Positions 47,338 to 60,400 of a stretch of 64,000 bases of DNA are shown here, in pieces. Where the stretch lies: NCBI GenBank assembly GCA_030390025.1, contig CM059425.1:166720001-166784000 (forward strand). Reading direction: 5' to 3'. The position numbers were made by a program, and so were the translations under genes. Origin of the DNA: Squalus acanthias (lineage: Eukaryota). Within the stretch, counting starts at the first letter, position 1; each line of letters opens with the position of its first letter. Below the pieces are notes generated by a model. The model did no database searches and was not told where the DNA came from. It was given only the letters and a program-made list of their open reading frames with translations.

Positions 47338-47520
47338 CCAAACCCGCAAAAGACCGTCACCTCGACATTCCACCTCAACACCCATCAAGCAAACCAAGCT
47401 TTGAAAGTCTCCTTTTGCGGCGCAGAGGTAAACCATGCCAAAAAAAACTCCTATTTAGGAATCACGCTTGATCGCACCCTGTCATATAGACAACATCTCC
47501 AGAACCTTGGGAAGCAACTA
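47338..47520 (+). mobile_element. Non-CR1 LINE RT fragment (Ingi/Vingi- or Jockey-group-like)
   Basis: NPQKTVTSTFHLNTHQANQALKVSFCG...YLGITLDRTLSYRQHL. Confidence 0.55.
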
Positions 47521-47734
47521 AAGGATGTCACTGAGCAGCTGCAGGACACTCTGAGGGGGGGTTCAGAAAAGATAGGGAAGGAAAAAAGGGAGGTGGGGTG
47601 GCAGTGCTGATTAAGGAAGACATTGTAGTGTTGGAAAGGGAGGATGTTCTTGAGGGGACAAGGACAGAATCCATTTGATTAGAGTCGAGGAGCAAAAAGA
47701 GTATGATCACGCTATTGGGGGTATTCTACAGGCG

Positions 47735-48630
47735 TTAAGGGGTTGATTGCAATTTAAATTGCCTGCTAGCGCTCATTAAGGAGGCTGCACAGCATTTTGG
47801 TGGCTAGTGCTTGTCCTAACAACCTCACCTAACAGCAGCCAGCTGATTGGGAGTAAACAAGACATTGATGTGGATTTCAAGCGCTATTTAATGGGATACT
47901 CACCATTTCATGTTCACTTGCTGCTGGAGTTGTGAAGAGGACCTCTGAAACACATCGAGAGACTTTCTGGGGTACTTTGTCAAGACTTCACCAACACTCC
48001 AGCAACATTTATTCCACAAATTCTCTGAGGACTTCTTCTAAAAAGAGTAAGTGCTATGCTACTCCACCTTATTGGACACCTTATCAGACACTGAGGAGTC
48101 ACTAGGAGACAAGGAGTGCTTGGCCATCAGCATCTTGCTAGGGGTCCCCCTTGGTCTGGACGAGGAATGGGAGGAGGACATGAAGCCTGGCAGAGCAGCA
48201 CCAGCTGCTGCAGGAGAGAGGGACAGAGGGCGAGGTGGCGTCCTTCCTCCCTGCGGGTACAGGACATCCCTCCCCTCTGACCTCCTCCACCAGGACCTCC
48301 AGTGTCATATCCGAGAACCTGTGTGCCCTCTCCCTCGGTTCCTGAACCATCCTGCAACGTGTCATTGTGTGCCAGCCAGCGCACTCCACACCTTCAGTGG
48401 AAGTGGGTGTGAGGAGCCCACATATACTGCTCCATGAAAATTGTGTCTAATTAACACTTGAGTGCTAAACTTGCAGGTGTCTGGTTTAGCACCTCCAGGC
48501 AAGTTCAAACTATGGTAATCGGCAATTAGGACCACAATGATCTGCTAAATCCAGACTTACAAAGAGGCATGTCTTATTAGCACAGCACCCATTTAGCGCC
48601 TGTTTTCACCCTTTGGCCAAAATGAATGCC
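47735..48630. mobile_element. Internally deleted Harbinger remnant
   Basis: TATA-like gcgctatttaat and a transposase-like leader on +, abutting Myb exon 1 on - (PRERAHRFSDMTLEVLVEEV). Confidence 0.55.
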
Positions 48631-48633
48631 TTT

Positions 48634-51600
48634 GGCCGCGAAATTGGAGCTTTTAGCACCGGCCGTTTAAGGCAAGTTTAGAAGAAAAAATGGGGGCTTC
48701 TGCTTGATTCCGGCATGTCCTGCGGTGGTCGCCATTTTGGGCAGGTTGGCTGTGCTGCTGTTGCCTGCAGTCACTGCAAAAATGGAAATGAAGCAGACTG
48801 TGACATCAATGATTGTGCACGATTTGCACAATCTGCCATTTTCGACGTTGTCACTCCATTTAATGCCCTACCTAATCACGACTAGCTGAACATGTATTCA
48901 GCAGCAAGAAGGACCCCCCCCCACCAGCGCTATTTAAAGGGCTCATCAACAACTTGCAGCTGACTTGCTTTTTCAGTTCTACTGGCTCTGTGTAAGTTTG
49001 TGCAACTGTTTGGAGCTTTCTAGAGTTGTCTAACGTTGCGGAGGTGACAGGGAGGGCTGGATTTTACCAGCCCTGAGGAGGCGGATTTGGAGACGGGACT
49101 GCTGGAAAATGGAAATAATTGGGAGCAGGGTCCACAAACCCTGCTCCCAACCCGCCTCTGAACCATCTTCCTGGGAGGTGGGTCCTCAACTCGCGCAGGG
49201 ACTCATCTCCTAGTGGCAGGAAGGGGATTAGAGCCAATTAACTGCCTGTTAACAGATAGTTAACAGGCAGTTAAGAGGCTTTTCATCATTTTCCGCCTGC
49301 TGATGCGGGCTTCTCGACGTCTGGAAACCCCGCCAGCGTCAGCGAGGCAAACTGTGGGTCTGCTGCAGTGTAAGTGTGCAAATGACAGCTGCAGAGGTAG
49401 TGTGATGGGTGCATTGGTGCATAGGTAAGTATGACAGGTGAGAGAATGTAGTGAGAAATATTTTTATTCTGTTTATATGTAACTGCAGGTGACAAGATTT
49501 GATGTTTCTGGGAAGCCTCATCTGATCGGGAGAATTGACAGACGGCTTCTGCAATCTCACATGCAGCTGCCATCTGTTTTCTCCTAAGGAGAGAGTCATT
49601 GGTGAGCCTGGGTACAAGGGCTCACCTTTGAACAGTGATTGTCAGTGTTTGACAGCACCTCAATGCTGTCAAACACTGACAATTCATCTGTCAAACAAGT
49701 GTGGTGTCTGTCACTTTAAGAAAACCGGCAGATGAAGCGTCATGCACTGATGTCATCTGACACCGGTTTTCCCTTAATTGGCTGGCAAGCCCGCAGGGCG
49801 GGCTTAACAAGGCCAATCAAGGGAAAATAGCGTCAGGTCGTCAGACGTCGCTGGGGGCAGGACTAGAACCCGGAAACCAGCAGTCCCGCCCCCAACACGC
49901 CTCCTCAGGTCAGATCCCAGCCGGAGTGTTGCTACAAGTGGCGAAGGCCTTGCTTCTGATTTCAAAGGTTCTGCTCACACCACTTGCTCCCAGTCATGAC
50001 AGCTCTACTTACAGTCCCTCTCGCGCTCGAGTATGACAGGCAGATGCAGCAGAGGCATTGAAGAAGTGGACAAGATGCTCGCAGAGGGAGAGAAGTGGTA
50101 GGAGGGCTCTCAGCAGGAAGCCTTACCCACCATGGGTCTTCCGAGAGCACTTCTCCTCCCTACACTTAAACCAGGAGCAGTGCATTAGGAGGCTCTGCTT
50201 CACCAAGGAGGTGGTCACAGAACTCTGCCACCTCCTACAACCAGGCCTGCAGCCTCAGAGCAGGGTGACCACGGCTCTCCCAGTGGCCCTCAAGGTCACT
50301 GTGGCCCTCAATTTTTTCGCCAGTGGATCCTTCCAGTCTGGAGCAGGAGACATAGCTAACATCCCCAGTTCGCCCCCAGTTCGCCGTCCATTGTTGCATC
50401 CAAGAGGTCACAGAGCCTCTGTATTCCAGGAGAAGGGGCTTCATTGTCTTCTCTCTGAACAGAGAGAAGCAGGAGGAGCGCGCATGTGGCTTTCATAAGA
50501 ATATAAGAATTAGGAGCAGGAGTAGGCCATATGGCCCCTCAAACCTGCTCCGCCATTCAATAAGATCATGGCTGACCATCGACCTCAACTCCACTTTCCC
50601 GCCCGATATCGATATCCCTTGATTCCCCGAGAGTCAAAAATCTATCTAGCTCAGCCCTTTGGGGTAGAGAATTCCAAAGATTCACAACCCTTTACCCTTT
50701 CCCCCTGGCCTTGCTGCAGCCCACTCATGCCCGGTACCTCACTATGAGCAGATCCTGCCTCTATACTATCCTCTAAAGTCCACACAGTGCTATTTTCTGA
50801 GCTGGTGTCTGCGAGTGTCAGTTGTAGTGCCGATGTGTCGTCTTCTCTCCTGCATCACTCTGCTCCACAACTTCAGGGACAGGCTGGCCTGCTGGCAGTT
50901 GTTGGGTATCTAAAAGCAGAACGGCACAAAGGTTGCGTTCTGGGGAGGGGAAACACAATCAGCAGCTTGTAAGTGAGAAGCGATTGTGGAATGAGGGGGA
51001 AGTGGGATGTGAGAAGAAGGATTAGGTATGAGCATACCGTTATTGTCAGCGAGGGCTTCAACTTCTCCCGTTGCCACGGCCTTCGTCACTGCCCCTCCAA
51101 TGATGTCAAGCACGGATTCCTCGAGGTCGCTGTGGTTCTGGAAAGTGGCTTGGCTGCCTCCCATCTACCACTGCTCTCTCCTGTTCTGTGCCACCTTTGC
51201 CTGGAAGAGAAAGGGAAGTGTGTGAATGAGTGTCGTGCAATATGTGTGGGTGATGTGCCTGCCATGGTTGAATAGCTGTCACTGTGTGCAAGGTGTGAGA
51301 TGTGGGTGTGGGTGTTGTAGCAGTGGTAAGGTTGTGAGGGTGAAGTGAAGCCATGATTATGAGGTCTGAGTGGTGATCAGTCGAGATTGTTGGTAGGTGA
51401 GTGCTGGGGGTGTGGTGCATTGAGCAGTGTGTGAGGTTTGTGGTGCAGATGGTGGGATATGGCATTTGCTGAAGCCTTCACTCACTTTGACCAGCCGTTT
51501 GAGGTCATTAAACCTTTTCCAGCACTGGATCCACGTTCTTGGGACCACACTGGTGGCCATGATGGAGTTAGCTATCTCCTCCCAGAGCCTTCTGCAACTG

Positions 51601-52029
51601 GCCTTGAAGGCTTCCTGCCACCCTGCAGGAACAGTACAGCCCACCTTCTTTGAATGCCCACGACCAAGGCCTCCAGTGCAGCATTGGAGAACCTTTGTGC
51701 TCACTCCCTAGGTTGCTGAGTCATATCTTCATCCAGAATGACAATGAGGTGCTGCTGCAACAAAGCACCTCCCCTTTAAGTAGTGCAGAGAGCCTCGGCC
51801 AAACATTACTGGCATGCCTATTAGACTGCACCCGATATTGTGCCCCCCCCCCCCTGTTGAGTGTTAAGCCAATCAGCAGCGTGCTTAGCGCTGAGCTCTG
51901 CGCTCCAATCATTATAATGAGCAGGCAGCACAAATTTTGCTTGCTGCCTGCACCACTTTCAATGGACACAGGCAAATAGCGCTGGCCCATGACACTGCCC
52001 GTTTTCGGGCCTAATCCAATTTCTAGGCC
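48634..52029 (-). mobile_element. Old Harbinger copy in reverse orientation (family of 3854-15165)
   Basis: Ends GGCCGCGAAATTGG / CCAATTTCTAGGCC. Transposase 5' part on + at about 49996-50495 (RKPYPPWVFREHFS...KVTVALNFFASGSFQ). Myb exons on - at about 50700-51724 (WEEIANSIMATSVVPRTWIQCWKRFNDL). A CR1 tail at 50496-50692 replaces the centre. Confidence 0.82.
49054..49922. mobile_element. Harbinger-type MITE related to 8810-9585
   Basis: Starts GGGCTGGATTTT and ends agatcccagcc. TSD GGA at 49051-49053 and 49923-49925. Removing it restores gaggtgacagggagtgttg, the leader seen at about 14750. Confidence 0.8.
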
Positions 52030-52865
52030 AGATAGATTAAGTGAGTGGACAAAACTGTGGCAGATGGATTTCATCGCAGCTAAGTGTGAGGTCATCCATT
52101 TTGGACCAAAAAAGGATAGGTCTGAGTATTATTTAAATTGTGAAAAGTTAGTAACAGTGGAAGTCTAAAGAGATTTAGGGGTCCATGTACACAGTTCACT
52201 AAAATATATTAGTCAGGTACAAAAAATAATCAAAAAGACTAATGGAATGTTTGCCTTTCAACCTAGATGGCTAGAATATAAAGGGGAGGATGTTTTGCTA
52301 CAGCTATACAGCGGCCTGGTTAGACCACATCTGGAGTACTGTGTACAGTTCTGGGCACAGCACCTTAGGATTTATTGGCCTTGAAAGAAGTGCAGTGCAG
52401 ATTCACCAGAATGTTACCAGGGCTCCAAGGGTTAGATTGTGAGGCGATTACATAAACTGGGCTTGTATTCCCTGGAATATAAAGGGTTAAGGGGTAATTT
52501 GATTGTGTTTTTAGGATTTTGATAGGAATTGATAGGGTAGATAGAGAGAAATTTTTTCCACTGATGGGGGGAGTCGAGGCCAAGAAGACATAACCTTAAA
52601 ATCAGAGCCAGGCCATTCAGGAGAGAAGTTAGGAAGCACTTCTTCACGCAAAGAGTGGTAGATGTGTGGAACTCTCTCCCACAAAAAAAGCAGTAGATGC
52701 TAGCTCAATTAATAATTTTATATCTGAGATCGATAGATTTTTGCTAGACAAGGATTTTAAGGGATATGGAGCCAAGCCGAGAGTTAGGATATGGATTAGT
52801 CATGATATCATTGAATGGCGGAACAGACTCGAGGGGATGAATGGTCTACTCCTGTTCCTATGTCT
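52030..52865 (+). mobile_element. CR1 3' fragment, decayed
   Basis: gatagattaagtgagtgg...ctggttagaccacatctggagtactgtg, followed by a CR1-like 3' UTR. Confidence 0.85.
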
Positions 52866-53556
52866 AGATTTTATTCTATGAAGACCAGCTACAGAGTACT
52901 TCATGCTTACACTGGCTTCCAAAACTGCTTCACTTATTGAATTAAATAGGGCTTGGATGTATTAGTAATTGTGATAACATTCATGAATTCAATATAAAAT
53001 AATTGTATTTTAATATAGCTGGATAGTAACAGCAAGAATGAATAATTCATCTGAATTTGAATTGTTCATGTTTGTTGATGGTGGTGCAGAAACGTGGGAG
53101 TCTTTTACGCCTCAAATAATCTAACCTTGACACATTTGGTGACATGGAATAGAACATGTCTTCAGGGGTCAGCTGAATCATAAATGAGAATTGCTAAGCA
53201 ATATTCAGTAAGATTATTTTGCATAAACTGATATTAAAATAATTCTCAAGGAACTCTCCTTTATTAAACTTGAATTAAAAATGTTAAACAGGTTAGTAAA
53301 AGGTAACAAATGGGAATGTTCATTAAGAATATGTAAATAAACAGATTATGTTGTGCAATCTGGTGGTATTAACCTAATTTCACATTTGGAACTGTAGGTG
53401 CATAGTATTAATTTGATTGCAAAACAATATTGGGATAAATTTTTGTCTTCAGCACTTCCAGTGCAGAGCTTCATCTGCTGGTAGCACACATCGAGAATTC
53501 AGGTGTGCCTCCACTGATTTTCCATCTATTGATTTTAATAATACTATTACTACACC

Positions 53557-53686
53557 TACAACAGCAACATCAACAACAACAATTTATATAGTTCCTTTAA
53601 CCTAGGAAACATCTCAAGGCCCTTCACAGAAATGTAATCAAATGCAAATTGATAGCGAGCCAAAGAAGGAGATATCAGGAGGAGTG
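53557..53686 (-). mobile_element. L2 3' end; resumes at 56661-56802 beyond the inserted CR1
   Basis: (caa)n tail plus atttatatag..cctttaac. The upstream piece encodes ITSVLASLHWLPV (ORF 56631..56837). Confidence 0.7.
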
Positions 53687-56660
53687 ACATAAGAAATAAG
53701 AGTAGGAGTAGGCCATATGGCCCCTCGAGCCTGCTCCGCCATTCAATAAGATCATGGCTGATCATCGACCTCAACTCCACTTTCCCACCCGATCTCCATA
53801 TCTCTTGATTCTCCTAGAGTCCAAAAGTCTATCTATCTCAGCTTTGAATATACTCAAAGACTCAGCATTTACAGCCCTCTGGGGCAGAGAATTCCAAAGA
53901 TTCACAACCCTCTGAGTGAAGAAATTCCTCCTCATCTCAGTCTTAAATGGCCTACCCCTTATCCTGAGACTATGCCCCCTAGTTCTAGACACTCCAGCCA
54001 AGGGAAACAACCTGTCAGCATCTACCCTGTCAATCCCCTTCAGAATCTTGTATGTTTCAATGAGATCACATCTCATTCTTCTAAACTCCAGAGAGTATAG
54101 GCCCATTCTACACAATCTCTCATCATAGGACAGCCCTCTCATCCCAAGAATCAATCTAGTGAACCTTCGTTGCACCGCCTCCAGGGCAAGTATATCCTTC
54201 CTTAGATAAGGAGACCAAAACTGTGTACAGTACTCCAGGTGTGGTCTCACCAAGGCCCTGTACAATTGTAGCAAGACTTCCTTACTCTTATACTCCAACC
54301 CCCTTGCAATAAAGGCCAACATGCCATTTGCCTTCCTTATTGCTTGCTGTACCTGCATGTTAGCTTTCTGTATTTCTTGCATGAGGACACCCAAATCTCT
54401 CTGAACACCAACATTTGAAAGTTTCTCACCGTTTAAAAAATATTCTGTTTTTCTATTCTTCCTACCAAAGTGAATAACATCACATTTCCCTACATTATAC
54501 TCCATCTGCCACCTTACTGCCCACTCACTTAATCTATTTATATCCCTTTGCAGACTCTGTGTTCTCCTCACAATTTACTGTCCCACCTAGCTTTGTATCA
54601 TCAGCAAACTTGGATACATTGCACGCGGTCCCTTCATCCAGGTCATTAATATAGATTGTAAATAGCCGAGGCCCCAACACGGATCCTTGTGGTACCCCAC
54701 TAGTTACAGCCTGCCAACCTGAAAAAGATCAGTTTATCCCTACTCTCTGTTTTCTGTCCGTTAACCAAACCTCTATCCATGCTACTATATTACCCCCAAC
54801 CCCATGAGCCCTAATCTTGAGTAATAACCTTTTATGTGGCACCTTATCAAATGCCTTTTGGAAATCCAAATATACTATATCCACTGGTTCCCCTTTATCT
54901 ACCCTGCTGGTTACATCCTCAAAAAACTCTAATAAATTTGTCAAACATGATTTCCCTTTCATAAAACCATGTTGACTCTGCCTTGAAGGGATAATTACTA
55001 GTCCTAGCCCCTTTAGGGCTAGCCCGGATCAGGCGTATTCCCCAGACATTCACTTTCAACTAAAGTTTGAGGTAGCTGAATCCTAAAGATGCTTAATTGG
55101 GTCTAAAGGTCCAGACTATCTCTCCCTAAAGGAAAGGAACAACCTGAAGATGTTACCGTCCTCCAGATAGCACTTTTAATAAGTTTAGCTAGACTGTAAT
55201 GTTCTGGATATTATGAGGGTCCGAAAAACTCCCTCAGAATCTGCAACTCCTCACCAAAGAGCGTAGAGAGATTGAGTTCGAGAGTTTGATACAGAAGTAT
55301 TATGTGAGACAATTCTAAAAATATATAGATTTATTAAAGAACCGACATGTAATTACAGTAGGTGTTTCAATCGCAACATTAACAGTTCCAAAAAGAGTAA
55401 GCTTTTACAATCTTATTATCAGAGATCCTTATTCTCAAATCTTAACTTCGTTACATTTTTACAGTTCTTAGTCTTATTCCAGGATATCCACCAAAATCAA
55501 ATACAGTACAATACCTTGATCCCCGAGGTACAAAGAGTTGTAGACTTAGAGCTTGCCTCTGAAGCCTAAGAATCGCTTTGCCCCTTTACAGCGAATCTAT
55601 CATCCCATCTGAAAGTTCAATATTTAGATCCTTTCTCAGTGGTATTTCCTTTGAAGTTTTCTGCTGATGTAAGCTAATTATCTCTAGTCATTTTTCTGTT
55701 GACCCCTGCTATTCTTACAGTCAGTTCAGCTGGTAGCAATGCAGACTCGTGTCTCTCCTTTAGGTGTTCGAAGCTTATCATAAAAAATGGTGTAACAGCA
55801 AGTGCATCTATTTGATGTCATTCTTACCAAGGCTTATGTTTGTGTCTTTTTACGACGTGTAAATTAGGACACCTTAACAGGGTGTACCATTGTGTTCTTT
55901 CCAAAGCTTCAGACTTCAGGAGCTTCCAACCTCCTGTTTCAATAAGGTTATTGATTCAGTGTCAACAACTTATCTTATCTGAATAGCCTGAATGCTGTTA
56001 ACAATACATCTTTTCATAGCCAGGTTTCTAGATTTCCAGACCTAGTTTGTCATGTTTTAATAAAGCCAGAATTCTTTCATAGAATGGTGTATTTTTCTGA
56101 ATATGGCTTATTCCTTCACAGCCTAATCATGTTATGATTTTCTAAGTGACTTGATACCACTTCCATGACAACGGATTCCAGCATTTTCCCAAAGACTGAT
56201 GTCAGGCTAACCGGCCTGTAGTTCCCTGTTTTTTCTCTCCCTCCTTTCTTGAATAGCGGTGTTACATTTGCAACCTTCCAATCCGCTGGGACCATTCTAG
56301 AATCTAGGGAATTTTGCAAGATCAAAACCAAGGCATCCACTATCTCTTCAGCCACCTCTTTTAGAACCCTAGGATGTAGGCCGTCAGGTCCAGGGGATTT
56401 GTCGGCTTTTAGTCCCATTAGTTTCTCTAGTACTTTTTCTCTACTTATATTAATTATGTTAAGTTCCTCACCCTCATTAGACCTTTGGATACCCACCATT
56501 TTTGGTATGCTTTTTGTGTCTTCTACCGTAAAGACAGATACAAAATATTTGTTTAACAGTTCTGCCATTTCCTTATTCCCCATAATAATTTCTCCTGTCT
56601 CAGCCTCTAAGGGACCAATGTTTACTTTTGCTACTCTTTTCCTTTTACATACTTGTAGAA
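53687..56660 (-). mobile_element. CR1 3' half interrupted by a solo LTR
   Basis: ORFs 56116..56583, 54729..54962 and 53771..54571 form a collinear RT. The tail is cataagaaataag. Confidence 0.92.
54984..56120 (-). mobile_element. Solo LTR (1137 bp) of an unidentified retrovirus or LTR retrotransposon
   Basis: TG...CA termini with an imperfect inverted repeat (TGAAGGGATAA / TTATTCCTTCA) and 4-bp TSD GCCT at 54980-54983 and 56121-56124. Removing it restores CR1 gttgactctgcctaatc. AATAAA on - at 55330-55335. No ORF in the track. Confidence 0.8.
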
Positions 56661-58269
56661 AGCTTCATCAAATAGGTAGGTTTTAAGGGGGATTTTAAAG
56701 AGAGGTGGAATGGTGCATTTGAACACAAGGATAAAAATTTTAAATTGGAGGGGATGCGGGACAGGGAGCCAATGTAGGCTAGCGAGCACAGAGGTAATGG
56801 ACAAAAATAATTGTGGTGCACATGCCTGAATTCCCAATATCTACTTCCAACATGTGAAGTTCTGTGCCAGCAGTCTTGGATATGAAAATGTACTCCATTT
56901 TCTCAACATTTCAACAAAGATACAAAAACATGTTTTTGCAATTCATATTTAACCCTTTAAATACTGAATTTTATCTGTCTGTCTCTCCCCAAGCTTCTTC
57001 TCACTTTTCCGATGTTTCCCACTATTTACTTTTTAATGAGGACCTTAGAACCAACTACAGCAGAGCAGCAATTATCGTTGTTTACTACCTTATCAAGCAG
57101 GAAATTTGTTTCTTGACCCTTATATGAAACTTACTGAGTAGAAGCACTGGAGCCGCAGAATCAACCAGAAAGACATACTTCACCAACACAGTGGTGAATT
57201 TGATTGTGCAAGAGGCTTGATGAACCCACGGGAGCTCAATTGGATAGCCCTGAAAATGGGTGCGGGGATCGCAATACACGATTACCCGATTACCCCACAG
57301 GCAGCGTGCCAAATTCATGCTGCCGGCTCATTATAATGATTGCTGCATGCAGCCAGACGCTAACTGTGCTGTTCATTGGCTGCACGCATCAGGGAGCCCA
57401 ATATTGTTACTTGCTAGCACCAGTTAAAGCTAGCTTATAGCTAGCCTGCATCTCTTAAAGGGAAGGAGCATTGAGGCTGCTGGAGGTGCTAAGATCATTG
57501 GGAATAGTGTTGTGCAACAAACAACAATGGCTGACCATGGGAGAGAGCGTGCACCAAGGTTTTCCAACGCTGCACTGAAGGTCTTGGTGGAGGAGGTGGA
57601 AAGGAGGAGCGATGTCCTGCATCCGCAGGGGGGCAGGAGGTTCTCCAGACACACGATGAGAAGGCAGTGGGAACAGATAACCGCAGAGGTCAATGCCAGG
57701 AGTTTACCCCGAGGATGTGAATGCAGTGCCTCAAGAAATTTAATGACCTCACACGAGTGGTCAAGGTCAGTGAATGCATCTTCAAATGCCGTATCCTACC
57801 AACTGCACCACTAGCCTCAGCCATTGCTCAATTCACTACACCCCCATCACTCACCTACCAACAATCTCTATCAATCAGGCCTCACACCTAGCATTCATAT
57901 GCTCCACCGCACCCTCACACACTTACCACTGCTGCAAGCCTCACAGCCACATCTCACAGCTTGCACACACTGCCAGATATTCACCCATGACAGCCACATC
58001 ACCCATATTGCACAACACTCACTGACACGCTTCCTTCTCTCTTGCAGGAGAAGGTGGCGCACAACTGGAGGCTGCAGGAACTAACGGGAGGGGAAATGGC
58101 ACGCCTGCACCCATGGAGGAGACGGTACCTGACCATTTCCTTGTATCGCCTTCCATCCACATCCCCCTTCCCACCCACCTCCCAACCATACTTTCTTCTG
58201 AGTCCGCACCTGGAAAAAACTCTCTCCCAACTCACTTACAACTGCACTTACAAAATCCCAACTGTCCAC

Positions 58270-60400
58270 CCTTTGGCCCTCCATTCATCATGACATTTCT
58301 GCAGCTAGCAATCTGCTCAACTACACCCTCACCACCACCTTTGATGCTCTAGTCCCTATTAAAACAATTACTCTCTCTCTCCCTGGTTGTTCCCCCTGGT
58401 ACGGCCCTCATCTCAGCTCCCTTAAGTCCAAGGGACGCAGACTTGAATGAATATGGCAGACAACTGATTTAGCCAATCACCGCCAGATCTGGCTGAACCA
58501 TATAAAGCACTATTGGGTCCTGCTCTCGTCTGCCAAAGCTGCTCACTATTCCAGGATTATTCTGCACTGCAAAGATAACCCCCAGCTTCTTTTCTCTACT
58601 GCAAACCATCTTCTTAAACACCTCTCCCCTGTCTCTTCCACCTTCACCTCCAAAAACAAGTGCGAGGAGCTCATGGACTTGTTTGTCACCAAGATTAAGA
58701 CCATCCGATCAGCTGCCTCTGCCACTTCCCTTCCTTCCCCTAGCCCACAAGACCAAACTTCATCTAAGGTTCCCCCGCCCCGCCCCCGGCCTAGCCCTGA
58801 ACTCGCATCTTTCTCCAGTTTCTCTTCAATCTCCCCGCTTGACCTCTCTGAGCTCATCTTGTCCATGAGACCCACTTCCTGCTCCCTCAACCCTATTCCC
58901 ACTAAACTGCTGACCACCCAACTTCCTTTTCTGGCTCCCATGTTAGCTGATATTGTTAATGTTTCTCTCTCCTCAGGTACTGTCCCCCTGTCGTTCCACT
59001 CTGCCGTTATCACCCCTCTCCTCAAAAAAACAACCCTTGACCCCTCCGTCCTTGCAAACTACCACCCCATCTCCAATCTCCCTTTCCTCTCCAAAGTCAT
59101 TGAACATGTTGTCGCCTCCCAAATCTGTGCCCATTGTTCCCGGAACTCCATGTTTGAATCCCGCCAATCCGGTTTCTGCCCCTGCCACAGTACCAAAACA
59201 GCTCTCATCAAAGTCACAAATGACATCCTATGTGATTGTGACAAAGGTTAAACTATCCCTCCTCGTCCTTCTCGATCTGTCTTCAGCCTTTGACATGGTT
59301 GACCACACCATCCTCCTCCATCGCCTTGCCACCATTGTCTAGCTGGGTGGGACTGCACTCACCTGGTTGCATTCTTATCTATCTAATTGTAGCCAGAGAA
59401 TCACCTATAATGGCTTCTCTTCCCGCTCCCGCATCGTTACCTCTGGTGTCCCCCAAGGATCTATCCTTGGCCCCCTCCTATTTCTCATCTACATGCTACC
59501 CCTCAGCGACATCATCTGAAAACACAGCATCAGTTTGCACATGTATGCTGACGACACCCAGCTCTACCTCACCACCACTTCTCTCGAACCCTCCACTGTC
59601 TCTAAATTGTCAGACTGCTTGCCCGACATCCAGTACTGGATGAGCAGAAATTTCCTCCAACTAAATATTGGGAAGACCGAAACCATTGTCTCCGGTCCCT
59701 GCCACAAACTCCGTTCCCTAGCCACTTACTCCATCACTTTTCCTAGCATCTATCTGAGGCTGAACCAGACTGTTGCAACCTTAGTGTCATATTTAACCCT
59801 GAAATGAGCTTCTGACCACATATCCGCGGTATAACTAAGACCACCTATTTCCACCTCCGTAACATCACACGACTCCGCCCGAGCCTCAGCTCATCTGCTG
59901 CTGAAACCCTCATCCATGCCTTTGTTTCCTCTAGACTTGACTATTCCAACGCACTCCTGGATGGCCTCGTTCTAATCTACGTAAACTTGAGGTCATCCAA
60001 AACTCTGCTGCCCATGTCCTAACTCGTAGCAAGTCCCGTTCACCCATCACTAGTGTTCCCTGTAAGGTGCACGGGTGCCTGGGCGCATGGTCGTGCACTG
60101 CTCTAGGGAACCTGCACAGCTGGCTTATCGGCATTTCAATGTAAAAACCGCACCTGTGTGGCATTTTGAATGGCCTGCGCAGCCCCTTAAAGGAGACGCG
60201 CAGGGCCAAAAAAATTACAGGGAACATAGCCCATCACCCCTGTACTCGCTGACCTACATTGGCTCCCGGTTCAGCAACGCCTCGATTTTAAAATTCTCAG
60301 CCTTGTTTTCAAATTCCTCCATGGCCTCACCCCTCCCTATCTCTGTAATCTCCTCCAGCCCCACAACGCCCCGAGATATCTGCGCTCCTCTAATCCTCTG
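58270..60400 (+). mobile_element. L2 LINE ORF2 fragment
   Basis: Motifs TSCSLNPIPTKLL, LKKTTLDP, NYHPISNLPFLSKVIE, LDLSSAFDMVDH, HMYADDTQLYL and NFLQLNIGKTE. Confidence 0.92.
60051..60229. mobile_element. hAT-type MITE (179 bp)
   Basis: TIR tagTGTTCCCTGTAA / TTACAGGGAACAtag and a perfect 8-bp TSD CCCATCAC at 60043-60050 and 60230-60237. Confidence 0.9.
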
